Assembly (NCBI RefSeq): GCF_009914755.1
Contig: NC_060936.1
DNA from: the human T2T-CHM13v2.0 reference genome, Homo sapiens
Length of the DNA: 64,000 nt
Strand: one strand, 5' to 3'
This document shows positions 29,211-41,132 of the stretch, in pieces. Both the position numbers and the translations under genes were made by a program. The notes under the pieces are model-generated. The model was not told the origin of the DNA. It ran no database searches and saw only the letters and a program-made list of their open reading frames with translations. The stretch's first letter is position 1; each line of letters opens with the position of its first letter.

Positions 29211-29934
29211 TGAGGGAAAAGAGAGAAAGGAACCAGTTAGGCAGATAGCTAGGACAAGTCCTTGGTAGAATTCCTTTTTTGTTTTTTTTTTTTTTCTAAC
29301 AAAGGAACAGCCTGAAAGATCAGGAGGCAAGGATGGATAAGGAGGCAAGGTCCACCATAAAGATGCCTTCTGTGTAACTAACAAGGGTCATGTATACATG
29401 GTAGGATTCAGTAAGCACATTCCTTCCCTTTTTTTGGGGACATACACAGGTAAGGGAGTTTGCACAGGGAAGGGAGGTGGGAGACTTGCTTAAACATGCC
29501 TAAGAGGAGTAACACAGAACCTAGCACGTTTGCAATGAAAATTCCACCCCCTCACACATGCGCAGAAAGGGAAATTAAACAATATAAAGTAACTTAGGCT
29601 AAGAGTTCGCATGCATGCTAAAAGGACATGGAATTTGCACCTTATGCAAATGAACACCTAGTCCTAACCAGTTTTTTGCTCCTTATGTAAATGAAATATC
29701 TCGCCCTACTAGCCTGTTTATAAAAGCCCATGTATTCAATTGTAGAAAAACAACCCTCTTTTGGGCCCCTTCTTCTTTGTGGAGAGCTTTCTCCTTTCAC
29801 TTATTGAAGTTTCACTCCAACCTCACCCTTGTGTTCATGGCTCTTTAATTTTCTTGGTTGTGAGACAAAGAACTCTGGGTCTTACTTCAAACAACAAAAC
29901 TGAAACATTGTGGTGCACTGGCAAGGCTGCTACA
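29211..29934 (+). mobile_element. MER50-like ERV1 (MER4-group) LTR
   Basis: Starts TGAGGGAAAAGAGAGAAAGGAACCAGTTAGGCAGATAG. TATAAAAG ~29719. Ends in CA. No clean TSD seen, family call tentative. Confidence 0.7.
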
Positions 29935-31741
29935 GCATTTTGATGTTCTTTACCGTTTTCAGAGATCCAAGTTACTTTTGTCATCATTACTCTTCAGTTT
30001 GGGAAACTTCATTTAGTATTTGGGAACTTTATTTTAGTGCAGGTTTTCTGGTAGTAAATTCTATTAGCTTTATTTTGTCTGAAAATGCCTTTATTTTGCC
30101 TTTATTTTTGAAGGATATATTCCCAGGATGCAGAATAATTAGTTAACTTTTTTCTGGTAATTTAGAGTTTTCTAGCCTTCATATTTGCAGATGTCAGTAG
30201 TCATTCAAGAGATTATTCCCAGTATGTAATCTGCCATTTTTGTCTGACTTTAATATTTTTCCTTTATCTTTCCTTTTTGTCACTTTGATTATTCTGTACC
30301 TATAATGGTTTTCTTTGTATGCATCCTGCTCAGATTTACTGAGCTGCTTAAACTAATACATTTATATCTTTTTCTCACTAAGGAAAATTTTTGGCTTTTA
30401 TATACTGAAATATATTTTCTAACCATTTTTTCTCTCTCCACCTTCCACTACTCCTCTTAAACATATGTCATACTTTGTGTTATGCTTTCTTGAATTCCTT
30501 AGGTTTGGGTAATATTTTTCAAGATTTTTCTCTCTGTGTTCTTCAGATTAGTTGGTTTGTATTGATCTATCTTCAGGTTCACTGATTTTTTTCTCTTAAT
30601 GAATATGTATCTTTTCTTAAAATTTCAGATATCATAGTTCTGTACTTGCAGAATTTCCATTTCATATTTTTTCTATTAATATTTTAAATATTTTCATTAG
30701 TTATGAACACACTTTTTTAAACTTCACTAAGCATTGTTATAATATCTGGATTAAAATTCTTATCTGCAAATTCTTATCTGTGATCACAGATTTGGGTTGG
30801 ATTCATTGTCTTTTCTATTGAGAACAGAGCACATTTCTTGGTTCATAGTCCTTTAACTAATTTTCCACTGTACTTTGGACAATGTTAGTATTTTCTTTGA
30901 AGACTCTGGGAGTTTTCCAAAGAGTGCTTATACTTTAGTGTCAGTCAGCTGTTAACTTGGTTGGACTAAAACTTTAAACTCTGCTCTTTGGTGGCAACTC
31001 AGACCTGTAGATTGATTTTGTCTTATTTTTATTTTACTTTAGCTAATTACATTCTATTCATGCATGGCTTAAAGTCAACCAAAAGGTTCTTCAGAGTTTA
31101 CCTATGCAACTCTGGCATGTGCTCTCAGGCTCTGCCATTTTGCCTTAACTTTCTAGGTGGCTGTATTTGCCCCAAAGTTATTCTCTTTTTTTCTTAATGC
31201 CAGATAGACTTCATGCTTTTATCAAAATTTCAACCACCCAACATGGAACTGAGTTTAATCTACCCTCTTGCTAATGGCTATTAAAAAAGCAAGTTACTCT
31301 GCAACTTTCATATTTTAACTCCTTTCAGAAGTTTCCTGTTTTGCTTTACTCACCAGTGCCTACTGGTCATTTAGTTTTCTCCACATTTAATGGTTGTTAT
31401 CTATGGGTGAGTGAGAAATTGTGGAAGGTTACTCAATTTACTGAAAATGGAAATTTGAGCAATTAATGTTTTAAATGTTTTCTAATATAATTCAGATGGG
31501 GAAATTATAATGTTTCACTGGAACCACTGGACTTTAATATGGAATAAATGATGCCTCAATCCTTATGTAACATCATACAAAAAATTAATCTGAAATGGGT
31601 AATTGTCTAGAACTGAAATGCAAAAACTTAAAATAAATTTAAGGACACACATACAAAAATACCTTATGATGTAAAAGCAGTTGAAATTTGCATAGATAGT
31701 TCACAAAAAGCAATACAATGAAAGAAATATTAATAAGTACA

Positions 31742-32219
31742 TGTAGTAAGCAATCTTCAAGATAACCCTGGATATCCCCTGGTACTTCCTGGTCTTCACT
31801 CCCTGATGTAGTAGTCCCTCCCACCCAATACTAGTGTTGGTGTGTGTAACCAATAGACAATGGCAGAGGTGATAGTATGCCATTTTCTGAGGTTAAGTTT
31901 TATCAGACACTATAGTTTCCATCTTGGCCTTTCCTCTCTTGAATAACACTCTCAGGAAATTGAGTTGACTTGTGATAAACAGCCTTATGGAGAAGCCTAT
32001 GTAAGCAGGAACTGGAGACCATTCAAAAGCCATGTGAGTGAGCTTGGAAGCGGATTCTCCAGCTCCAGTCAAACCTACAGCTTTAATGCAGCCTCATAGG
32101 AGATCTGAGCCCAGAACCATCCACCTAGCTACTCCCAGATTCGTGATTCTCAGAACTATATGAGATAATAAATGTTGTTGGTTAAGCTGATTGTTAAATA
32201 GTAATAGACAACTAACAAA
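31742..32219 (+). mobile_element. MLT1F-type MaLR solo LTR
   Basis: TGTAGTAAGCAATCTTCAAGAT...AGCCATGTGAGTGAGCTTGGAAGCGGATTCTCCAGC...TGAGATAATAAATGTT. Confidence 0.82.
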
Positions 32220-32481
32220 TGAGATTTTATTAAAAATATTAAAAATTATGTTCTGTTAAAGATGCTACTAAGAAAATAAAAGGCAAGCTATATACTGGGA
32301 AAAATTACTCAAAATAAATATATGTAACAAGTATTGTAACCAAAATACATAAAGGCCCCTTGGGGAAAAACCCAGCTTAAAAATGGACCCCAAAAAATAG
32401 ATACTTCACCCCCCCAAACAAATAATACAAATGGTCAATAAAAACATTTAAAAAGCTTACCATCATTAATCTTCAGGGAAA

Positions 32482-32780
<299 letters not shown>

Positions 32781-34109
32781 TCTTCAGGGAAAGAAAAATT
32801 AAAATCACAATGAATTACCACCACCCATCAACTAGAATAGCTAAATGTAAAAGGCTGGCTATTCCATATGTTGGGAAGAATATGAAACAAGTGGAATTCT
32901 CCTTGACTGCCAGTGGGAATTAAAGTGGTAAAACACTTTAACTTTGGCAGTTTCAAACACTTTAAGAAACTTTGGCCGTTTCTTAAAATGTTAAATATAC
33001 ACTTATCATACAGTTAGCATATGATCCAGCAATTTTTAAGTTATTCACTATGTATTTACCTGAGATAACTAAAAACATATGTGTAAAAAAGACCTGATGT
33101 GAAGGTTTACAGTAATTTATTCATAAAAGTTCCAAGTGGTAAATACTGCAACTACCCATTAACTAATGACTATTTGAATGCATTGTTTTGTATCCATACA
33201 CTAGAATAGTTATTATTAATATAAGGGACAAACTACCGATACACTAACTAGATGAATGTTATGTTAAACAAAAGAAATCAGACATAAAATACTAAATACT
33301 GTATGATTTCATTTATACTAAATTCTAGAACATGCGAAACAATTCAGTGGTGAAAGCAAGCAAATCAGTTGTTGTCTAGAGGTAGAGGGTGAGGGTCAGG
33401 GGTTTGTCTGCAAAGGAATAAGATGGAATGTTTTGAGATAATAGCATCATTGAGGTGCTGATTTCATGAGTACATGTATTTGTGGAATTCATCAAACTGT
33501 GCCTTTAAAATCTGTGTATTGATTTATACATAAATTAAATTTCAAATAAGTGTATTTAAAAAGACAAACTTTTGTCAAGTAAATGAAGCTGTGCATTTTT
33601 TTATTTTTAAAATAGAGGTTGAATATCTGAGATCATAGGGTGTTTAAACACTTTAAGGTCATACCCTAATTGTTAAATAACAGACATAGGAAGTTTTTAC
33701 AAGTTCTAAATTTAACATCTACAAATACTTATTCTGTATTTAAATAAACCACAAAGATAAGGATGCTGGCTTTTGTAAACCTTGTGTGCTTATGTGTTAG
33801 CTATATATGTGTGTAGAAAGGAATAGAAGAGGGGGAGAGAAGAGACTAATAGCATAAGAAAAAAAGAAATAAAAATAAATATGTCGTTCTACACAAAATT
33901 AGAACTAAAGTTTGCTCACCTTTATGTCAATAAGAAAATATTTAGAACCCCAATTATTGAATATTTAAAGAGACACATGAACTATTTCTACATAATATGA
34001 ACTGTAGCTACAAAGATAAAAAACATAACAATGCTCCTAATTTAGCTATTTATATACTTTGCATTTTACCTTTTCACTGTCTTTTACATTTGCCTCTAAC
34101 TTATTTCAT

Positions 34110-34240
34110 GTTAGAGAAAAAACACTAAGGTTGGATACTGGAGAACAAGATCTCTGTAACTTACTAGTTATAAAATAAACTTAGGCAAATAATTATGTGA
34201 TCTCAACTTAATCATCTGTGAAAGAGAAAAAAAGGATGCA
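34110..34240 (+). mobile_element. MIR fragment
   Basis: ACTTACTAGTT...ACTTAGGCAAAT...TCTCAACTTAATCATCTGTGAAA. Confidence 0.5.
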
Positions 34241-34437
34241 TTTTTGGGGTTTCAATTGAGAGTGTGACTAAATGATGTCAACATTTTTCTAAAGTTTTAG
34301 ATTTTGTAGTTAAAATTAGATTCATAGTTTATATACACTCACACATAAATACACACATATGTATATTAATACTTACAGAGGGATAATTTATACTGAATTT
34401 GGTTTTGAATTGCATTCTGTATTTAAAAAGCATAATT

Positions 34438-35836
34438 GTTTTTAAGCATTATTAAGGTATAATTGAGAAATTAAAACTTTATATATTTACAGTGTTCAAA
34501 GTGATGTTTTGATATAACTATACATTAAGAAATGATTAAATCAAGCTAATTAACTTATCCATCACCTTATATATATTTTTTTGAGTGAGCTGAGAACATT
34601 AAGATCTACTCTCTTAGAAACGTTCAAGTATACAATACATTCTTGTTGACTACAGTCACTATAGTCACTATGCTGTCCAATAGGTCTCTAGAACTTACTC
34701 ATCTTGTCTCAGTGAAACCTTAAATTCTTTCACCATTTCTCTATCCTTCAGCCCCTGTCTCAGGTCCTGGAAATCATCATCCTCCTCTCTACTTCTTTGA
34801 GTTTGTCTTTTATTCATTTTCACATATAAGTGAGATCATGCAGTATTTGTGTTTCTGTCATGGCTTAGCTTATCTTGCATAATATCCTCCAGGTTCATCC
34901 ACATTGTTGTAAATGACAGAATTTTAGTTTTTATTACTTTTTTAGAGGCTAAATAGTAATCCATTGTGTATATATATTACATTTTCTTTATCTGTTCTTA
35001 GGCTAATTCCACATATGGGCTATTGTGAATAATGCTGCAATGAACATGGGGGCACAAATATCTATTTGCCATACTGATTTTATTTCCGTAGAATATATAT
35101 CCAAAAGTGAGATTCTTGAATCATTTTATCCCACACCATATATAAAAATCAACTCAAATTGGATTAACGACTTACAAGACCTAAAACTACTTGAAGAAAA
35201 CATATGGAAAATATTTCTTGATAGTGATCTCAGCAAAGATTTTTTTGGATATGATCTCAAAAGCACAGGCAAAAGATCAAAAAGTGTGCAAGTGAGATCA
35301 CATCAAAATGAAAAGCTTCTGCACGGTAAAGGTAACAATCAACAAAGTGAAGAGAATATATATAGAATACGAGAAAATATTTGCAAATCATATGTTTAAT
35401 AAGGGGAGAATATCCAAAATATATAAGGAATTCAAAAAGGTCAATAGCACGGAAAAACTAGCAATTAAAAATGGAGAAAATACCTGAATAGACATTTCTC
35501 AAAAGAAAACATACAAATGGCCAATAGGTATACAAAAAGTAATCATCACTAATCATTGGGGCTACGCAAATTAAAACATCAATGAGGTATCACCTACAAA
35601 TGGCCAAGAAGTGTGTAAAGAATGCTCACTATCACTAATCATGATGGAAATGCAAATTAAAACCACAATGAGGTATCACCTTACACCTGTTTACAATGGC
35701 TATTATCAAAAAGACAGAAGATAACTAATGTTGGTGAGGATGTAGAGTAAAAAGAAACTTTGTACATTGTTGTTGGAAATGTAAATTGGTACAGCCATTA
35801 TGGAAAACACTGTTGGCATTTCCTCCCAAAACTGAA
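34438..35836 (-). mobile_element. 5'-inverted L1MA (antisense 3' end to ~35124, sense ORF2 segment ~35125-35836)
   Basis: Antisense L1MA 3' UTR (AAGATCTACTCTCTTAG). The sense segment ends just upstream, in L1 coordinates, of where the antisense segment begins. Confidence 0.82.
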
Positions 35837-37079
35837 AAAGTTATTCTTAGTTTTGACTATTTACATAGCTAATTCAATAAATATTCATTTTGCTGAAGTC
35901 CAAGACTTAATTTTTCTCTCTAGGAATCTCTAGGTGTAGACTGTAAAGGGTGAATGAAAACAAAAAAATTTAATAACTTCTCAACAGTTATACACACAGT
36001 TTCTTAAATAGGTAATTTACAGTATCCATGCTATTACTATTATCACTATTATTACAATAAACCTACTGCATAAATTTTCTCATGTTCTATAAAAATGGCA
36101 TTAAATAGAGTTTGAGTAGTTACTGGTTAATTATTTGATCTCAAACATAACAGATATATTCCCTATACATTTTTAACAATGTGTTTTAGTTTTCTGTCCT
36201 CAAGACACTGGCAAATAAATATGGCAATTGGCAAAGGCAGCTGTCAAAATAAATAGTTGTTTTCCTCCACACACATACATTGTTTTATTTTAATTGTAGG
36301 TGGGATTTTGTGAACTCATCACATTTTGGGAATTTTTTTTTTGTCTATTCTAAGAGCAAGACAGCAAAAATAGAATTGTAAATTCCAAAGGTCTCCAAAA
36401 TCATTGATGCCATTCAATAAAAGTATGAGAAATAAACTATTTGGTGTTTATAAAAGCATCAGTTAGCAAAACTTGAAGGTCAGTATATCAAAACTTCTCT
36501 TCAAAGTTGAAATACATGATTTTCTGTCATATTAGTCAGTATTGTTGCAAGTCTTTTAAATATATGGGTCCATAAAAGGGGCCAAATGAGATACAAGAGA
36601 AAAACATATACTCTGAAAAAGAAAAGATTCTTAAAAGATACAGATCATACTCACAGATTCATGTTAATATATATTGCACTTTCCCTGTAATTCTAGGATT
36701 TTTCTTTCTTTTTATGGGGGGTGAGTGGTGGATTACCTACTGGTAGTTCATATACCCACTGCTGTAAATTAAAACACATCTTTCAGCATTGATATGAAAA
36801 ATGACAGTAATTATAAATAAATAGCCATCAATACAGTGTGTTTCCCTGATGATTTACTAATACAGTTCTTGCAAACTGTTGATGGGAATAATCAGAGCCA
36901 TGCATTTTTTATAGCAATTTTCCTTTGAAACTTTTGTGTAACATAAATGTTACCTAGGAGAGATAGGGAGAATTTGAAAAAACAAAAATTTACAAAAATG
37001 TTGGATAGTATTTTCATGTACATTATCACTTTATGTATAACTAATCTTTTTCCTAATAGTTATAAATTTAATCACAATA

Positions 37080-37680
37080 TACGATCCCCTGAGTTTAAAT
37101 TCCAGGTTCAACATCTTGACCTTAGGCAAGACACATAACTATAAGCATCGGTTTCCCTATCTATTGTTAAAAGAAAACCTTTTAGCTCAATTAAGTTTAA
37201 AGTTTAATTGAGCAAAGAACGATTTGCAAATCAGGTAGCCTCCAGAGCCAGAGTAGGCTCAGAGACTCACATGCAGCCTTCTGGTAGAAAAAGATTTATA
37301 GACAGAAAAGGGAAAATGATGTACAGAAAACAGAAATGAGGAACAGAAACAGATAGATTGATTATAGCCTGGTGTTTGCCTTATTGAACACGGTTTGAAC
37401 AGTTGGCCACCTTTGATTGGAACAAGAGTCTGTTTATAACTTCATTTAGGTTATAGTTCGTGATGTGCAGAGAAACCTTTAGGTTATAGTTCGTGATGTG
37501 CAGAGAAACCTTTAGGCCAAACTTAAAATACGTAAGGCGGCAGCTTTAGGCTAAACTTGATTTAACACTGTAGAATAAAAAATTTTAGGATATGTATTGT
37601 ATATTTGTTAGCAGGGAGAAAGCAAATAGTATCTACCATGCCAGGTATAACACCTAGAATAAAATAAGGATTAAAAATGT
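37080..37680 (+). mobile_element. MIR split by MER57
   Basis: CCTGAGTTTAAATTCCAGGTT...GACCTTAGGCAAG...GTTTCCCTAT, resuming CTGTAGAAT after the LTR. Confidence 0.6.
37165..37567 (-). mobile_element. MER57 ERV1 solo LTR
   Basis: Minus strand begins TGTTAAATCAAGTTTAGCCTAAAGCTGCC. TG...CA ends. 4-bp TSD CTAT/CTGT. Confidence 0.88.
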
Positions 37681-38015
37681 TAATTTATATTCCTGTTCTT
37701 ATCCTTACATTGTGATGTGTTATAATATGATGTGCAATATATTATTCAGCAAACATATTCCAAATTACATAGATCAATTTATATCATCTCTCTTACTAAG
37801 TAAACAATGGTTGTAGTATTTGATAGACATTATATTTCAAAATGCTCAGGACTAACTTAATTAGCACAATTTCCTAAAAAGTTTGTGACATAACGATCAA
37901 CCAAACTTTCTTAAATTAATATACCTATGAAAAGTGAATAATAAAAATTCAACAAAGTGAGAACTTAAGGGTGACATAAATAATCCTACTAAGCTAAATG
38001 GAAATTTCTGAATTA

Positions 38016-41000
38016 CAGGCATAACTTGGAGACAGTAAAAGTTCTGTTCTACACCATCACAACAAAATTAATATTGCAATAAAGTCAGTCACATAAATTT
38101 TTTGGCTAGCCAGTCACATAAAAGTTACATTATAATACACTACAATCTATTCAGTGTGCCGCAGCATTATGTCAAAACTGTACATACCTTAATTTTAAAA
38201 AACTTTATTGATAAAAAATGCTAATGGCCATCTTGGCCTTCAGCCAGTCATTAGCTTTTTGCTGGTGTGGTCTTGCCTCAAGGTAGATGGCTGCTGAAGA
38301 TGATGTGGTGGTTACTGAAGGTTGAAGTGGCTGTGGCAATTTCTTAAAATAAGACAGCAGTGAAGTTGGCCACATTGATTGACTCTTCCTTTGATAAAAG
38401 ATTTCTTTGTGTCATGTGATGCTGTTTTACCCACAGTAGAACTTCTTTTGAAATTAGAGTCAATCCTCTCAAATCCTGCTACAGCTTTATCAACTAAGTT
38501 TTTGTAATATTGAGATGGGAGAGTTCCCTGGCCCCCTTCATAGGATGTGCAACAGGGTTGTGGCTCTCCAGTTGGCTCCTGCGAGCTCAAACCCGTTACA
38601 GGAGGGGGAGCATGCTGACAGGCAGGTGCAGGAGCCAGGGTGAGCTCTTTGGACTCTGCCCCAACATTAATGTCTAAAGGTGGATGTCTTCAACTGCCGA
38701 AGTCCAAGTGGGCATGTGTTACAGTGTGCTCTTTCAGCTTTGCTATTCACAGATGGCTTAAGTGTTAACCAGCTCAGTGTCCTGTTGGTACCCAGGTCCT
38801 TGTCCGGCATCCAGGAAGAATCAGGTTACACATGGACTGGAAGGATGAATGTAGGGGTTTAACTGAGTGGTGGAAGTGGCTCTCAGTGGGATGGACGGGG
38901 AGCAGGAAGGGGGATGGAGTGGGAAGATGATCTTCTCCTGGAGTTTGGCTGTCCAGCGGCTGATGTCCTCCTCGATTGTCCTGAGCCAAACTCCTCTCGG
39001 TATTCAGACATTCCTTTTCTTTTTTCCTTCTCTACCATGCTTTTCTGCCATTCTTCTGCTCATCTGCTTCTGGAGCCTGGGGTTCAGGGTTTATATGGGT
39101 ATAGGATAAGGGATGTGGTGGGACAAAAGGCAAACTTTTGGACGTGAAAGCAGGAATACCTGTTCTCATTTAGGGCTGGGGGATTCCAGGCTTGAGTGTG
39201 GGGACTCTGCTAGGGAACTGCCCTCTTCAACCCATTATTTCTCTGTCTCCTGTTTGTATGAATATTCTAAATTATTTGTTTGCCATTTGAACATTGTTCA
39301 CACCATCTTTACCAGAAGTAGAGCCCATCTCAAGAAACTTTCTTTGTTTATCTAAAATATGCAACTCCTCATCTGTTTAAGTTTTATCATGAGATTGCAG
39401 CAATTCAGTCACAACTTCAGGCACCACTTCTATTTCTAGTTCTTTTGCTATTTCTACATCTGCAGTTGCTTTCTCCACTGAGTTTTGAACCCCTCCAAGT
39501 TATCCATGAAAGTTGGAATCAACTTCTTCCAAACTCCTCCTAATGTTGATATTTTGAATCCTCAATATTTTTCATGGCATCTAGAATGGTGAATCCTTTC
39601 CAGAAGATTTTCAATTTACTTAGCACAGATCTGTCAGAGAAATAACTATCTGTGACAGCTATAGCCTTACAAAATGTATTTCTTAAATAAAAAGACTTGA
39701 AAGCCAAAATTACTCTTTGATCCATGGGCTGCCAATAGAATGTTTTGTTAGCAGTCATGAAAACATTAATCTCTTTGTACTTCTCCATCAGTGCTCTTGG
39801 TGACCAGGTGCATTGTCAAAGAGCAATAATATTTTGAAAGGAATATTATTTTGGAAGAGTAGGTCTAAACAGTGAACTTAAATGTTCAGCAAACCATGCT
39901 GAAAACATTTGAGCTGTCATCTAAACTTTGTTGTCCCATTTATAGAGAACAGGTAGAGTAGATTTAGCATAATTCTGAAGGGCTTTAGGATTTTTAATAT
40001 GGTAAATAAGCATTGGTTTCAATCTGAAGTCACTAGTTGCATTAGCCCCTAAGGAGAGTTAGCCTGTCATCTGAAGCCTTCAAGCCAAGCACTGACTTCT
40101 CTCTAGCTACAAATCCTAGATGGCATCATCTTTCAATATAAAGCTGTATCATCTACACTGAAAATCTGTTGTTTCGTGTTGCCACCTTCATCAGCCTAAT
40201 TAGCTAGATCTTCTGGATAACTTGCTACAGCTTCTCCATCAACACTTGCTGCTTCACCTTGTGCTTTTATGTTATAGAGATAGCTTCTCTCCTTCAACCT
40301 CATGAATCAATCTCTGCTAGCTTCACACTTTTCTTCTGCAGCTTACTCACCTCTTGTAGCCTTCATAAAATTGAAGAGAGCTTGAGTATTGCTTTAGATT
40401 AGGCTTTGGCTTAAGGGAATGCTGCTGCTGGCTTGATAATCTATCTAGGCCACTAAAACTTCTTTCCTATATGTGATAAAGCTGCTTTCCTTTCTTATCA
40501 TTCATCTGTTCACTGGAGTCATATTTTTAATTTTCTTCAAGAATTTTTTTTGCATTCACATATTGTCTAAGTGTTTAGTGCAAAACACCTAGCTCTCAGC
40601 CTGTCCAAGCTTTTGACCTGCCTTCCTCACTAAGCTGAATTATTTCTAGTTTTTGATTTAGAGTGGGAGATGTTTGAGTCTTTTTTTCATTTGAACACAT
40701 AGAGGCTATTGTAGGGTTATTTATTGCTCTAATTTCAATATTGTTGTGTCTCAGGGAATAGCAAGGTCTGAGAAGAGGAAAAGAGGGAGAGAAATGTGGG
40801 AATAGCCACCTGATGAAAAGTCAGAATACACACATTTATCAATTAAGTTATTTGTCTTATACAGGTACCATTTGTGGTGCTCCAAAACAATCACAATAGT
40901 GACATCAAAGAACACTGATCACAAATCATCATAACAAATATAATAATTTAAAAGTTTGAAATATTACAGAATTACCAAAATGTGACACAGAGGCATGAAG

Positions 41001-41132
41001 TGAGCACATGCTGTTGAAAAAATGGTGCTGACAGATCTGTTTAACAAGGGATGCCACTAACCTTTGATTGGTAAAAAATGCAATATCTGCAAAAGTCAAT
41101 ACAGTGAAGCACCATAAAACATGATACTCCTA
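38016..41132 (-). mobile_element. Near full-length Tigger1 DNA transposon (dead transposase), interrupted by LTR1
   Basis: TA flanks, CAGGCATA-type terminus. About 2.37 kb once the LTR is removed. Transposase remnant [20 protein letters not shown] (ORF 39540-39788). Confidence 0.92.
38511..39261 (-). mobile_element. LTR1-family ERV1 solo LTR
   Basis: Minus strand begins TCATACAAACAGGAGACAGAGAAATAATGGGTTGAAGAGGGCAGTTCCC. 4-bp TSD ATAT (38507-38510, 39262-39265). Confidence 0.85.

Larger units (their letters stand above)
24270..31450 (-). mobile_element. Long ancient L1M (ORF2 toward ORF1/5' region), interrupted by THE1A and a MER50-like LTR
   Basis: T-rich antisense L1 (TTTGCATTTCCATATGAATTTTAG; TGTTGAATGAAAGTGGTAAAAGTAGA...GGGAAAAGCATTCAGTC). 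Resumes across the THE1A TSD. Confidence 0.8.

Noticed and set aside
39540-39788. Domesticated TIGD-like gene
   Set aside because: Short remnant of a stop-ridden Tigger1 transposase interrupted by an LTR.
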